A stretch of DNA of 64,000 nucleotides from Thraustochytrium aureum (GCA_012862495.1 BLSG01000402.1:606559-670558), one strand, 5' to 3'; shown: positions 11,987 through 22,701, counted from the stretch's first letter. The notes: generated by a model not told the origin, from the letters alone. Translations and numbers: made by a program.

Positions 11987-12480
11987 TCGACCTCGGGACT
12001 GGCGGCAGAACAACACCTTCGTGGCGCTCCTGCCTGCGGACTGTCCCTCGCCGGGGCTTTTTTATGCGCGGCGTGTCGGCCGCCAGTCCGCGACGTGCCG
12101 CAGCGAGGCTTGACGTCAGGCTCGCGCCGGGGCAGCCACCCGCTGACCCATCCTCGCAGCAGCCGCCCTCGTCTGGCTCGTGCAGGTCTCGATCATTTGT
12201 CCAGAATAAAACCAAACTCTGCTCTCTGCTCGTCAAACAGCGCGATCATGGCGATCGATCACCATGTCATGTCCCGCGCGCGTGCCTCGAGCTCCTTTTC
12301 CGAGTCAATCTTGATCAATCAAAAAAGAAGCCGCAACAACGACGAGGCCGAGGCTCTCGCTCTCGCGCGCCAGACCTCTGCCAGCCCAGCTCCGCGCCGG
12401 CCGGCACGAGAGCGAGTGCCCCCTCTCTACCGCCACGGAGGGCGGGCCTGGCTCAGGGCTCGCAGCGGCAAGAGGGCTTG

Positions 12481-12482
12481 GC

Positions 12483-12520
<38 letters not shown>
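12481..12520. repeat. (GGCT)n microsatellite just upstream of the MutY start
   Basis: About 9 GGCT units. Confidence 0.95.
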
Positions 12521-12535
12521 GGCAAGCGCCTGGCG

Positions 12536-14110
12536 ATGGACGACATTGAGGATCTGGTCAAGCCGTCGCGGCTCTTGCAGCCCGCGGCCGAGCTCGCGCA
12601 CGCACTCACGGAATGGTTTGACGGCAACAGGAGACTCTTGCCGTGGCGAGGCGATGCGGTGGCGAGTGACCTCCCGCTGACGAAAACCGGAGCGTCGCCT
12701 GGCAGCGCGAAGGACAAGGCCCGCACGACAAAGGGCAAGGGCAGGCCCGAGCCAGCCAAACAAGCCTCGGCGCTCTCTGCGGAAGAGCGAGCCGCAGCAG
12801 AAGCGGCGAGGAGCCAAGTGACGCCGTACCAGACTTGGGTTTCCGAGGTGATGCTGCAGCAGACGCGCGTCGAAACGGTGATCGCATACTTCAACCGGTG
12901 GATGTCCGCGTTCCCCACCGTGGAGGCGCTAGCCGCAGCGAGCGAGGACGAGGTCAACGCGATGTGGGCCGGGCTGGGCTACTACCGCCGAGCTCGCAAC
13001 CTCCACAGTGGCGCCAAAAAAGTCTCAGAAGAGATGGGCGGCGTTTTGCCCGACTCGGTCAAGGGTTTGCTCGAGATCCCAGGAATTGGCGAGTACACTG
13101 CCGGCGCCATCGCCTCGATCGCGTTCAAGCGGGCGGTGCCGCTCGTTGACGGCAACGTCATCCGTGTCTTTTCGCGACTATGCGCCTGCCCCGCCGACGC
13201 GAAAGACCCCAAGCTCGCCAAGGCGTGCTGGGCAATGGCGCGGGAGCTGGTGCCGGCCAAGCGGCCCGGCGACTTCAACCAGGCCCTGATGGAGCTTGGA
13301 GCAACCATTTGCACCCCCAAAGTAGCAAAGTGCGGCGAGTGTCCAGCTCGAGGGTTTTGTCGGGCGTTCGCCGCAGGTCCAGGCGAAGTGACGCGGTTCC
13401 CTGCCAAGACAAAGGCCAAAGTGCTGCCGGAAGAGACGTACGCAGTTGGTGTTGTTTCACGGACGGGCATAAGCCAGTGCGACATGCCCCCCCGTGCAAA
13501 GCGCCATCGCGCATTGCGAAATCAGCCAGAGGCGGGGCTCGAATACCTCCTCACGCGCCGCCCACCCAAAGGTCTGCTGGCGGGGCAGTGGGAGTTTGTC
13601 TCTGTCCGGGCTCCTGCACACCAAGTGTCGCTTGAGTCGCGCAGGGCGCTCTTGAACCAGCGCCTCTCTGACGATCCAGCCCTTGCCGGTCTTTTGCCCT
13701 GTGTCGCCTGCCTCGAGTCTAGCCGGCGCGAGGACAGAGGCGCTTTTACGCATACATTTTCGCACCTACGGCATCACTTGCACATCGAGAGCCTCGAGGT
13801 AGTGGCCGCATGCCGCTCGTGTAGCGGTTCAGGGGTCCTGCCAGTGCCGCGCTCGTCGGACTCCGTTGCTTGGATGACTCTGGAGGAAATGGCCAAAGTG
13901 GGACTGACCACCGCGACGCGGACTTGTCTCGAGTTGGCAAGAGCTGAACCGCCCAGCGGCGGCGTCGGAGCCAATCCTGCGCCCAAGCGCGCGCGCACGA
14001 CGGCCCGCAAATCTGTCGCGCAGCCAACGGGCCAGAAGCTGCTGACTGCTTTCCTGAAGCCGGAGCCCGCCTCAAGCAACAACGACGCGTGCGTAGCTAG
14101 AGAAAAGTAA
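12536..14110 (+). CDS. MUTYH: A/G-specific adenine DNA glycosylase (MutY/MUTYH)
   Basis: LPWR, WVSEVMLQQTRV, WAGLGYYRRARNL, HhH LLEIPGIGEYTAGAIASIAF, VDGNVIRV, DFNQALMELGATIC, 4Fe-4S motif C-x6-C-x2-C-x5-C, NUDIX-like GLLAGQWEF; C-terminal QKLLTAFL resembles a PIP box. Confidence 0.95.
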   Translation: MDDIEDLVKPSRLLQPAAELAHALTEWFDGNRRLLPWRGDAVASDLPLTKTGASPGSAKDKARTTKGKGRPEPAKQASALSAEERAAAEAARSQVTPYQTWVSEVMLQQTRVETVIAYFNRWMSAFPTVEALAAASEDEVNAMWAGLGYYRRARNLHSGAKKVSEEMGGVLPDSVKGLLEIPGIGEYTAGAIASIAFKRAVPLVDGNVIRVFSRLCACPADAKDPKLAKACWAMARELVPAKRPGDFNQALMELGATICTPKVAKCGECPARGFCRAFAAGPGEVTRFPAKTKAKVLPEETYAVGVVSRTGISQCDMPPRAKRHRALRNQPEAGLEYLLTRRPPKGLLAGQWEFVSVRAPAHQVSLESRRALLNQRLSDDPALAGLLPCVACLESSRREDRGAFTHTFSHLRHHLHIESLEVVAACRSCSGSGVLPVPRSSDSVAWMTLEEMAKVGLTTATRTCLELARAEPPSGGVGANPAPKRARTTARKSVAQPTGQKLLTAFLKPEPASSNNDACVAREK

Positions 14111-14185
14111 CGCTATTTCGGGTGCGGCTCTGGTTGTATTCTTCTTCAGAAAGCAAGACTCGTCGCTGAGCGAGCTGTTGCAGAA

Positions 14186-14258
14186 CGCTGCAGTCGGACG
14201 CCGCAGTCGGACGCCGCGAGCGGACGCGGCAGTCGGACGCTGCGATCGGACGCTGCAG
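14186..14258. repeat. Degenerate 13-bp tandem repeat (GCAGTCGGACGCY) between the convergent MutY and PGK 3' ends
   Basis: About 5-6 units read directly. Confidence 0.85.
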
Positions 14259-14277
14259 CGCCCCCGACGCACACGCT

Positions 14278-15750
14278 TCACTTGTCGCTGAGAGCGGCTA
14301 CGCCAGGGAGATTCTTGCCCTCCTGAAAGCGGAACAACGATAAATACGAGTGTCAGCACAAAGCAACGCCAGGCAAAGGTCCCGTCCCTCCAAGGAGGCG
14401 AGCCAGCACGGCAAGCAGCAAGCAACGAGTAAACGCACCAAAAGCTCAAGGCTGGCCCCGCCACCAGTCGAAATGTGGCTCAAGCTCCACGCAGCGACTC
14501 CAGCTGGCGGAGTAAACGTTTTCACGCACGTGGCCGTGTCACCGCCGCCGATTATGGACACCGCGCCGCCTTCAGTGGCCTGCGACACAGCTTGCAAAAC
14601 CGCCTTGCTACCATCCGCAAAACGTTCCCACTCGAAAACGCCCATGGGCCCGTTCCAGACGATCAGCTTGGCGCGCTTCACCGCGGCAACAAACTGCTCC
14701 GTGCTCGCCGGGCCGATGTCGAGGCCCAGCCAGCCGTCAGGAATACCTTCGGCGTCCGTGACCACACGTGCCTCTGCCGCGGCGTCAAACGCGCTCGCGG
14801 CCACATAGTCGCTCGGAAGGTGAATGGTAACGCCCTTTGCGCGGGCTTTGGCCATTATGCCCGGCACAAGCTTGGAGCCAGGCTCGTCAAAGAGCGAGGC
14901 GCCGATCCGGGAACCGTCCAGCACCGCCTTGAAGGTGAAGGCCATGGCGCCTCCGATGACCATCTCGTCCACACGGTCAAGCAGGTTGTCAATGAGCTGG
15001 ATCTTGTCGGCCACCTTGGCGCCGCCTAGAATGGTGAGAAACGGGCGCGGGGGGGTCCTCTAGGGCGGTGCCAAAGTAGGTGAGCTCCTTCTTGAGCAAC
15101 AGCCCAGCCACGCGCTCCTCCAGGTCAACTCCTACCATGCTCGAGTGAGCGCGGTGGGCAGTCCCAAACGCGTCGTTCACGTAGATGTCGCCCAGCTGCG
15201 AGAGCGAGGCGCGAAACCGAGCAACCGCTTGAGGATCTGCCTTGATCTTTTCGCCCTTGACCTCTGCCTTGCCCTCCTCCTCGGGGTGGAAGCGGAGGTT
15301 TTCGAGCAAGAGCACAGAGCCTGCTGGCGCTGCTGCGCAAGCTTGCAGGACGGCGTCGCCCACGCAGTCTTCCACAAAGGTCCCCTCTTTACCGAGCAGC
15401 TCCCAGAGCCTTGCCGCGACTGGTTTTAGCGAATACTTGGCAATTGCGCTTCCCTTCGGCCTCCCGAGGTGCGACATGAGGACGACGCGGTCCGCGCCGT
15501 CTTCGAGGATGCGTTGGATCGTCGGCAGGGCTTCGCGGATGCGTTGGTCGTTGCTAATCTCGCCCTTCCCGTCGAACGGCACGTTAAAGTCCACGCGGAC
15601 CACCGCCTTCCTTCCGGCGAAGCAAACGTCTTCCACGCTCTTCTTTTCCCGCAGCGACGCGACCCGTCCCGCGGACGAGGCCTTCCTGCGGCCCCACGCT
15701 GCGGCGCTGCGCACCCCCGCGCCTCTCCCAGTCCTGGAGAGCAGCAGCAT
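14278..15750 (-). CDS. PGK: Phosphoglycerate kinase with N-terminal presequence; one intron (14323-14438) and a homopolymer frameshift (~15049-15055)
   Basis: [79 protein letters not shown] intron restores the canonical end [14 protein letters not shown]. Removing one G from the G7 run gives EDPPRPFL. Confidence 0.93.
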
Positions 15751-16437
15751 CCTCTGCTCGCTCTCCGCTGGGCTGTGCCACACGGCGCAGGTCTGGCAGC
15801 TCTGACGAAGCGCGCCTCGCGAGCGTGCGGTCTGGCAGTTGAGTATGCGCTTGCTCTGGGGGCCTCGGGGCCTGGCTGGCTGCCCAACTGCCTGCCTGCT
15901 TGGCTGCCTGCCTGCTTGGCTGCCTGCCTGCTTGCTCGGCTGCTGATGACAAGCTCGAATGGGGCCTGTTGCGTCGCAAGGGGTTGACTGCGCCGCACTC
16001 GCGGTACGAGTACCTTCGAGGTCAAGGAAGTAGGTACTAGTAGGCTCAAGCACGGAGGCTCGAGTACTGGTAGGTTTTGATCGAGAGTGGAGCAGGGAGA
16101 GTAAGGTAAGGTACCACCTCTACACGTCCACTTTCTATCCAACTCTTCTTCCGCGTCAACGCAACCAGCGCAACGGCCACTGACAGCCATCGCTCATCAC
16201 ACTCGATCAAGAGGAATCTGTAGACTTGCAGGACGCAGGATACTACTCCAGTTCACTGTTCTCGACAGCCGCGCGTTTCGGGGACGGCTCGCCCTCGGCG
16301 CTTCTGGGCGCGCCAGCGAGTACCTATACGCCTGCCAGGTGTGGACGCTGCGCTTGTCCTCCTGCAGTGCGCGATCAGAAGCGAGGCGCGGTCGCTGCGG
16401 CTGTTCTCCTGCAGAGCACGACCGGGGAGGAAGCACG

Positions 16438-17916
16438 ATGGCGACGCGAGAAAATGCGCGGTTTGAACGCGCCGTGGACCTGTCAGGCGAGGCGTTCGAC
16501 AAAGTCGTGCAACTGGAGGCGCAGAGCTACCCGGCGGACGAAGGTGCTTCGGCGGGGACGATGACAATGCGACGCACGAGCGCGCCAGATCTGTTCAGGG
16601 TTGCGCTGACCGCGCAAGGAGAAGCCGTGGGCTTTGTGAACGGCACACTGACCAGCGCTGAGCAGCTCACAGAAGCGACCATGTCCGAGCACGAGCCGGA
16701 AGGTGCCATGCTGTGCATCCACTCGGTTGTCGTCGCACCAGAACGTCGCAAACAGGGCCTTGCCCGAGCGATGCTGCGGCGATACCTCGAACTCGTTGCA
16801 GCGAGCCAGGAGCACGTCACCAGCGTCGCTCTCCTCGCCAAGGCCAACCTGGTGCCATTCTACGAGTCGTGCGGCTTCGCGTGCATGGGTCCTTCGCCCG
16901 TAAAGCACGGGAAAGACACGTGGTTCGAGCTGTCGCTGGACCTTCGCCGCATCGCATTGGCCTGCGTCAACGCGTTCTCAGACGTCACCACGCGGTTCAG
17001 CGGCAACCCCGCCGCAGTCTGCCTCGTTCCGTTTCGAACCCGGTCCTTAGGCCTTGACAGCGCCCACGGATGCGGGTGGGTGCTCGATGGCGTGGAGCTT
17101 GAGGCCGCTTACGAGGCATGGGCCTCTCGTGTGGCCGAGCAGATGAACCTGAGCGAAACCGCGTTTCTGCGCGACCTCGGGGCAGCTGGCGAGGAAGCGC
17201 ACAGGTTTGAGCTCCGCTGGCTGACTCCTTCAAGCGAGGTGCTTCTTTGTGGCCACGCCACGCTTGCGAGCGCAGCGGCTCTGTGGTCCGCCGACGCGGG
17301 GCTTCGGCGCCCTGGGTCCGCGGACCTAGGCAGGGTGAAGAAGCTGGTGTTCGAGTCTCGGAGCGGCGAGCTCTTCGCGGAGCGCGAGGCCGATGGGCGC
17401 ATCGCGCTAACGTTCCCTAAAGAGACGCTCGAGCCGCTCGGGGACGCTGCGCAGCGCTCTGCTCTGCTCGTCGCCCTTGGGCTCGCTCAGGACGACCCGC
17501 TCGTGGTCCACATTGCGAAAAACCGGATGGACATCATGGTTCACCTCTCCTCGCGCGACGCGGTTGAAGCCCTTGCGCCGGACCTCAAAGCACTCGCGGC
17601 GATCCAGACGCGCGGCGTGACGGTCACAGCAGAGGCGCGAGACGGCGAGTCGTATGATTTCGTTAGCAGGTTTTTCGGGCCTGGGGTCGGCGTCGACGAA
17701 GACCCCTTCACGGGTAGCGCGCACTGCTACCTCGCGCCGTACTGGGCGGGCCGCCTCGGCAAGGCGACTCTTCAGGCTTTCCAGGCTAGCAAGCGCGGCG
17801 GCATGGCGCTGCTCGAGGTCGACGAGGCGGCCAGCCGAGTGCGACTCGTGGGAAGTTCCGAGCTCTCTTGGACTGGGGCGGCGCACAGCACGCCGTTCTC
17901 CCCGCTCACCAAGTAG
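16438..17916 (+). CDS. Fusion of a GNAT N-acetyltransferase (AANAT/Paa1-like) and a PhzF/PBLD-family isomerase
   Basis: N-part: LEAQSYPADE, GFVNGT, CIHSVVVAPERRKQGLA, LVPFYESCGF. C-part: NAFS...FSGNPAAV, NLSETAF, LCGHATLA, FVSRFFGPGVGVDEDPFTGSAHC, QASKRGG. Confidence 0.9.
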   Translation: MATRENARFERAVDLSGEAFDKVVQLEAQSYPADEGASAGTMTMRRTSAPDLFRVALTAQGEAVGFVNGTLTSAEQLTEATMSEHEPEGAMLCIHSVVVAPERRKQGLARAMLRRYLELVAASQEHVTSVALLAKANLVPFYESCGFACMGPSPVKHGKDTWFELSLDLRRIALACVNAFSDVTTRFSGNPAAVCLVPFRTRSLGLDSAHGCGWVLDGVELEAAYEAWASRVAEQMNLSETAFLRDLGAAGEEAHRFELRWLTPSSEVLLCGHATLASAAALWSADAGLRRPGSADLGRVKKLVFESRSGELFAEREADGRIALTFPKETLEPLGDAAQRSALLVALGLAQDDPLVVHIAKNRMDIMVHLSSRDAVEALAPDLKALAAIQTRGVTVTAEARDGESYDFVSRFFGPGVGVDEDPFTGSAHCYLAPYWAGRLGKATLQAFQASKRGGMALLEVDEAASRVRLVGSSELSWTGAAHSTPFSPLTK

Positions 17917-17975
17917 AAGGCACTTCGCGCTCTCCGAAAAGAGGCCGAAAGAGGCCGACAGGGCAGCGCGCGAGC

Positions 17976-18930
17976 TCAGCTAGCGGCCAGCCTCTGCCTG
18001 AGATTGCGGTACCTCGTCCTCAGGGACGCGTTCTCCGCGCGCACTCGCTCGAGCTAGGCACGCGTCAGCGCACTGGCCGAAGGGCCACGCAAAAAGGCAG
18101 CCTGGAATGAAAACCAGCACCCCCCCACTTACCTCGCGCTCGGTCTCCTTTCTGAGAGCAACCTCCTTGCCGAGCTTGTCCTTCATCCTCTGTGGCGCGG
18201 CAAACGCGCACAGCTTGGCGCGTTCCCCCTCGGCGAGCCGCTGCACCTGTGGGGCATTGGGATCCACGTTCTCTGCATCAGCGTGGCGTGCTGGGCGGCT
18301 GCGGATTTTGGCCTTGCTCAGCTCCGATCGCAGCGCAACAGCCTCCGCCAACGCGCGGTCCCGCTCCTTGACCAACAGTACAACGTAGCGCTCTTTCTGA
18401 TCTTTCGCTTTTCCAAGCGCATCGGCGCGGTCGCGCTCGCGCTCGGATCGCGCCTCGGCCCTCTCGGCGCGCTCTTCGACGAGGTCGTACTGGGCCTGAA
18501 TGACCTGGCACTCCGAGTGCGCGCTTGCGAGAGCCTCCTCAGTGCGTGCGTGCGCTTCGATCTCGTCTCGAAGTCGCCGATCGGTCGAGACGAGGGTCTC
18601 CCTGACCTGCTGCAGCTCGGCCCGGAGCCCTGCGGCGTCTCGCTCGATCAGCGCCTTGGCGTGCAGCGCCTCCTGCCTCGTGGCCTGTGCAGCTTGCTCC
18701 GACTTGCAGAGCTCTGCGACCCTCAGCGCTTGGACGCCGAAGGCGCTCTGCACCTGCTTGAGCTGCAGCCCCATCCGGTCCTTCTCGCGCTCCGCCGTCC
18801 CCAGCACGGCCTTTACGCTTTCAAGCTCGGCGCTGAGCTGCCGCACCGTGCGCTGCAGCGCGTCGTGCTTATCGGCGGCCAGTTTCCAAGCTCCGCCGAG
18901 CTTGACTTGGGTCTCGTTCGTCTCGCTCAT
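17976..18930 (-). CDS. Coiled-coil protein of unknown function; one intron 18054-18132
   Basis: Heptad E/Q/R/K/L/A-rich sequence. GTAAGT donor at 18132 and TAG acceptor at 18054 give the in-frame terminal exon LERVRAENASLRTRYRNLRQRLAAS*. Confidence 0.7.
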
Positions 18931-19009
18931 CGCGCTGTCGAACGGCGCGAAGTAGGCGATCGGCGAGTCTGCACGGACGGCCCAAACTGCCGCTCTGCCC
19001 AACAACCAG

Positions 19010-19101
19010 CCTGCTGCTGCTGCTGGTGCTGGTGCTGGTGCTGCTGCTGCTATTGCTGCTGGTGCTGCTGCTGCTGCTGCTATTGCTGCTCGTGCTGCTG
19101 C
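19010..19101. repeat. (TGC/TGG)n trinucleotide repeat between divergent genes
   Basis: Direct reading. Confidence 0.9.
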
Positions 19102-19389
19102 AATTCTTGTCCAGGGACAACCGCCGGCCGCTGGTGTGCATGTTGAGTGAGCGGTCTTCAACGAAACACGCGCACACCTTGAGTTGACTTTCAAGGAAAC
19201 GAGCGCGCCCACGCCTGCAACGGTCGTGGGTTTGCAGAGTCGCATCATCAACAGTCCAGGCTGCCCGGCAGAACGCCAGGACCACAGAGCGCCAGGGCAG
19301 AGCCTGCCTTCGTGCTGTCGCGCCGCTCTGGACGGCCTGCGCACGCGCTGCTCACCCTGCTCGACGCCTGCCTTCGACCCAGTTCCAGG

Positions 19390-22300
19390 ATGGTGATGTG
19401 GGCCCGAGTCACCGCATGCGCCGTCGTGGCGATCCTAGCGGCTTTGGTGGGGAAGGCGCGTGGCCTACGGTTTAGAGTGGCGAGTAGGAATCGCGCGAGC
19501 AGGCTGCTTCACGCCGGGGACGCGATCGAGGTGACGTGCATATCGTGCCTGGACGGGACGGCCAACCTCACGGGGTGGGACACGTTCGACCAGGCCATCA
19601 CGGTCCTGAATGAGACCGAAACATCATTGGTGCTTCGGGCCGACGATGCCGGGCTCGTGATTGTCCAGGCGGTTGTGGAAGGGGAGAGCGACGCGAGCTC
19701 GAGCAACGTGGCCGTGCTCGCTTTAAGCGAGGCCTCCGCGTCGTGCTACGTGTGGAAAGGCTGCTTGACGCACACTCCAACAAGGAACGCACCCTGCGTT
19801 CGCTCCTGGGGCAACCACTCGAGCCCTGATGCGCGAATATACCTTCGCCTTTGGCTCGGGAAATCCGCCAGGGAGAGCGCCGCTGACGGCGTCTGGGTTG
19901 CCAACTTCGGGGACATCAGCGAGGAGGAGCACTCTCTTACCGATGAACTTTACTCACTCGGAGAGTCTCCCTCAATATCCATTTCGGGCCCCGTGTTTAG
20001 CACGCGGACCGACCCGCCCCTGCTCTTGGTGAACAACAGCAGCAACAGCGGATTCGTGCAAGACGGAAAGTACTGGGTATTTGAGCTGGCGTCGCGGGCG
20101 ATGTTTGACTCCTCAACGATGATTGCTGGCGGGTCAGCGCAGGTGATAGTGCGCGGTAAGGCCGTCAACACAATGGGCTGCTCAGCTGGGGAGTCCAACA
20201 TCATGGTCGACCTTGTCAAGTACGCCCTTGACGCCGTACCGCTCGCTCCTTCGCCTAGCGCGCCGACAGGACAAGCCGAAGTGTCTTTTGACCCGTGCTC
20301 CTCGACTATGTTGGCCCACAGCCCTGGCGCACCAGCCCTTTGGCTCTCCCAGTCTGTCATTGCTGACGCAGAGCTCGCCAACGTGCTTGGGTCTTTCGCA
20401 GACCTTGTACAAATTCTCCCGCTTCCGGGCGGTGAAGCTGTCTATAGCGCGGCACACTCGCGCGAGGGCCTTGTACTGCTGGCCCCAAGCGGGGTCTACC
20501 ACGTCCCGTCGCTCTTCCAGAACGCAGCGTTGCCAGAATCAGGCTTGACGCGTATAGCCGACTCTCCTGCAGGGTTCACCAAGCTCAGCAGCGCGGCTGG
20601 CTGCGACTGGCTCTTGAACCACGACAACAGGACCGGAAACGACATCATCGTAGCCTGGAACCCAAGCTCAGACGGCGCAAACACCATCGCGACAAGTCAA
20701 GACAGCGGGGCATCCTTCGAGCGTCTTGATGTCCGGCCAAACGGCACGGGGTCTGCGTCAAACTTCGAAATCCACCACGCTCTCCCTCTACTCAGCGTTT
20801 CGCAGGTCGTTGTTCTCGCCTCGGACACGGACACTGGACACGACTGCGTCCTGCTCGTTTCCCCGAGCTTGGGTACCTCGACCCGCCTGGCCTCGTTCGG
20901 CCCAGGCGCCAGTCTGCCGGCTCTCGGAGCGTCCAAGGGGCTCGTGTCCCCAGTTGCGCCGAGCGGAGAGCTCCTTGTGTGGGGCGAAACCGCAGTCTAT
21001 TACTCGCCCAGCACCGGCCGCTCGTGGCACAAGATCGAATTCAAGGCTTTCAACCTCACGAAGAAGGAGTTCGTCGAGGTTGAGCTCAGCTCTCCAGACA
21101 CGATTATCACGGTTTACACCTCGCGCAAAGGCGACTTTGCTGTGCTCGCTCGCTCAGGGCGCATCTTTCTGGGCAAGTTGGGCTTGGCCGTGGCATACGA
21201 AACGTACTCCCCACTAGGGGACGCAAACGGTGCGCTTCGGTCGCTGGCTTATCGGCCGGACGGTTCTCTGTTGGCGCTCCTTTTCCATGACGCACCTGGG
21301 GCCAAGCTGCAGTTTTTGCAAGTGCCCGTTCTTGTACGCCAAATTGCCGACGGGTCCCCAGTAGACGTGTCGCCCGCCGGGCGCGAAGCCACCCTCGCTG
21401 CGTGGGTGGCCCCGTTCTTCTGCCCGTTTCTCGACTGGCAGCGCACAATGCCCGACGCGGACTCGTTCTACGCGGACATGAACGACCAAATCGACATTCA
21501 CATGTCGCTCACGCACCCCACACAACTTCAAGGGCAGCACATCTCGTTCCAAACCACAGACCGCGTGCTGATCAGCATGTTGCCGGAGGAAGAGACAGTG
21601 GAGGCCAACTGGGACGGCTCGATCGTGGTGCGCTCGCGACGAGTGCATCTCAGGGTCCCGCCGCAGATCAGCGCCGCCACCGGTGTTGGCAAGCAGCACG
21701 AGGCGTCAGGAACCGTGGTCGTCCGTGCAATACCCACACAGTTTTCGCCCGGCTGTTCAGACCATGCCAAAATGATCCAGATCAAGGTTGGTTGTCCGCG
21801 TGGGCGTCACCTCCGGTACCGTGCCCCGCCCGCCCTTGTCTACCCATCCTCGTCCGTTGTGACTGCAGAGTGCGAGGCTGCGGCGGAGGGCCTCCCGAGC
21901 GCAGAGCGCCAGGAAAGCCTTGCAAAGTGCACGTGCGCCAGGTACCAGGGCGCTCCGCGTTTTGCCCTGCCGAAGGAGACGGTCGACCTGAGCCGAATGC
22001 GGACCTACTACGACGGTCGCCGCGTACCCGCTGCGGTGACGGGGCTGGACGACGAGGAGGCCCTCGCAGTGGAGTTTTCCTTTGACTATGAGGAGTTTGG
22101 ATGCCCGACTTTCGTCCCGTTCACCGACAAGTTCAAGCCCCTTTTGGAGATCTGGGACGGCAACGTCAAGGTCAAGGACGTCGACTCTGACTTTGTGGTT
22201 GTCGAAGCGCACGGTCGAACCGAGATGTCTTTCGGCCTCACTGCGGCGGAGGCGGGCTGCTTGCGCGCCCCACACACGTGGGAGTCCAAACTCGCGGCGG

Positions 22301-22701
22301 ACACTAATTTCTCGAGGTCTTGGAGCTCCGCAAATCACCACCACTGCTTTGTCTCCAACTCGACAAATGCGACGGCGGAAGCGGCTGCGTCGGAGTGGGG
22401 CATGCGCAACTATGAGATTCTGAACGCGACGTCTGGCAACTACATCGCTCTGTCGAGGGATTCGCTGGAGGTCCCGCTGCTGTTTTACGTGACTGTGGTG
22501 GACCCGGACTACAGCTTTTGCGCGCTCTCGACCACCTTTGCCATCGAGCCTTACGGTATGCCGATGGATGCCTGGAGTACGTTTGTGATTATTCTCTACG
22601 TCGTACTGGGGAGCCTCGTGCTGTTGTGGGGCACCTACTTGGTGCACAGGCGCGAGATCTTGGCCGCCGCAGCAAGGGACGAGGCCAAGAAGAGCGACTA
22701 G
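19390..22701 (+). CDS. CATSPERE: CatSper auxiliary subunit epsilon-like (CATSPERD/E family) type I membrane protein
   Basis: Signal peptide; large beta-rich ectodomain; C-terminal motifs VGCP, YEEFGCP, FKPLLEIWDG, FVVVEAHGR, AGC, YEILN, VVDPDYSFCALSTTFAIEPYG then one TM helix and a short tail. This mirrors my recollection of the CATSPERE C-terminal domain (EIHGR..SGC..YEIIN..LDPNYSFC..FAIE). Confidence 0.8.
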   Translation: MVMWARVTACAVVAILAALVGKARGLRFRVASRNRASRLLHAGDAIEVTCISCLDGTANLTGWDTFDQAITVLNETETSLVLRADDAGLVIVQAVVEGESDASSSNVAVLALSEASASCYVWKGCLTHTPTRNAPCVRSWGNHSSPDARIYLRLWLGKSARESAADGVWVANFGDISEEEHSLTDELYSLGESPSISISGPVFSTRTDPPLLLVNNSSNSGFVQDGKYWVFELASRAMFDSSTMIAGGSAQVIVRGKAVNTMGCSAGESNIMVDLVKYALDAVPLAPSPSAPTGQAEVSFDPCSSTMLAHSPGAPALWLSQSVIADAELANVLGSFADLVQILPLPGGEAVYSAAHSREGLVLLAPSGVYHVPSLFQNAALPESGLTRIADSPAGFTKLSSAAGCDWLLNHDNRTGNDIIVAWNPSSDGANTIATSQDSGASFERLDVRPNGTGSASNFEIHHALPLLSVSQVVVLASDTDTGHDCVLLVSPSLGTSTRLASFGPGASLPALGASKGLVSPVAPSGELLVWGETAVYYSPSTGRSWHKIEFKAFNLTKKEFVEVELSSPDTIITVYTSRKGDFAVLARSGRIFLGKLGLAVAYETYSPLGDANGALRSLAYRPDGSLLALLFHDAPGAKLQFLQVPVLVRQIADGSPVDVSPAGREATLAAWVAPFFCPFLDWQRTMPDADSFYADMNDQIDIHMSLTHPTQLQGQHISFQTTDRVLISMLPEEETVEANWDGSIVVRSRRVHLRVPPQISAATGVGKQHEASGTVVVRAIPTQFSPGCSDHAKMIQIKVGCPRGRHLRYRAPPALVYPSSSVVTAECEAAAEGLPSAERQESLAKCTCARYQGAPRFALPKETVDLSRMRTYYDGRRVPAAVTGLDDEEALAVEFSFDYEEFGCPTFVPFTDKFKPLLEIWDGNVKVKDVDSDFVVVEAHGRTEMSFGLTAAEAGCLRAPHTWESKLAADTNFSRSWSSANHHHCFVSNSTNATAEAAASEWGMRNYEILNATSGNYIALSRDSLEVPLLFYVTVVDPDYSFCALSTTFAIEPYGMPMDAWSTFVIILYVVLGSLVLLWGTYLVHRREILAAAARDEAKKSD

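Noticed and set aside
15049..15055. Programmed ribosomal frameshift in PGK
   Set aside because: A simple homopolymer in a conserved enzyme, with similar indels elsewhere; assembly error is more parsimonious
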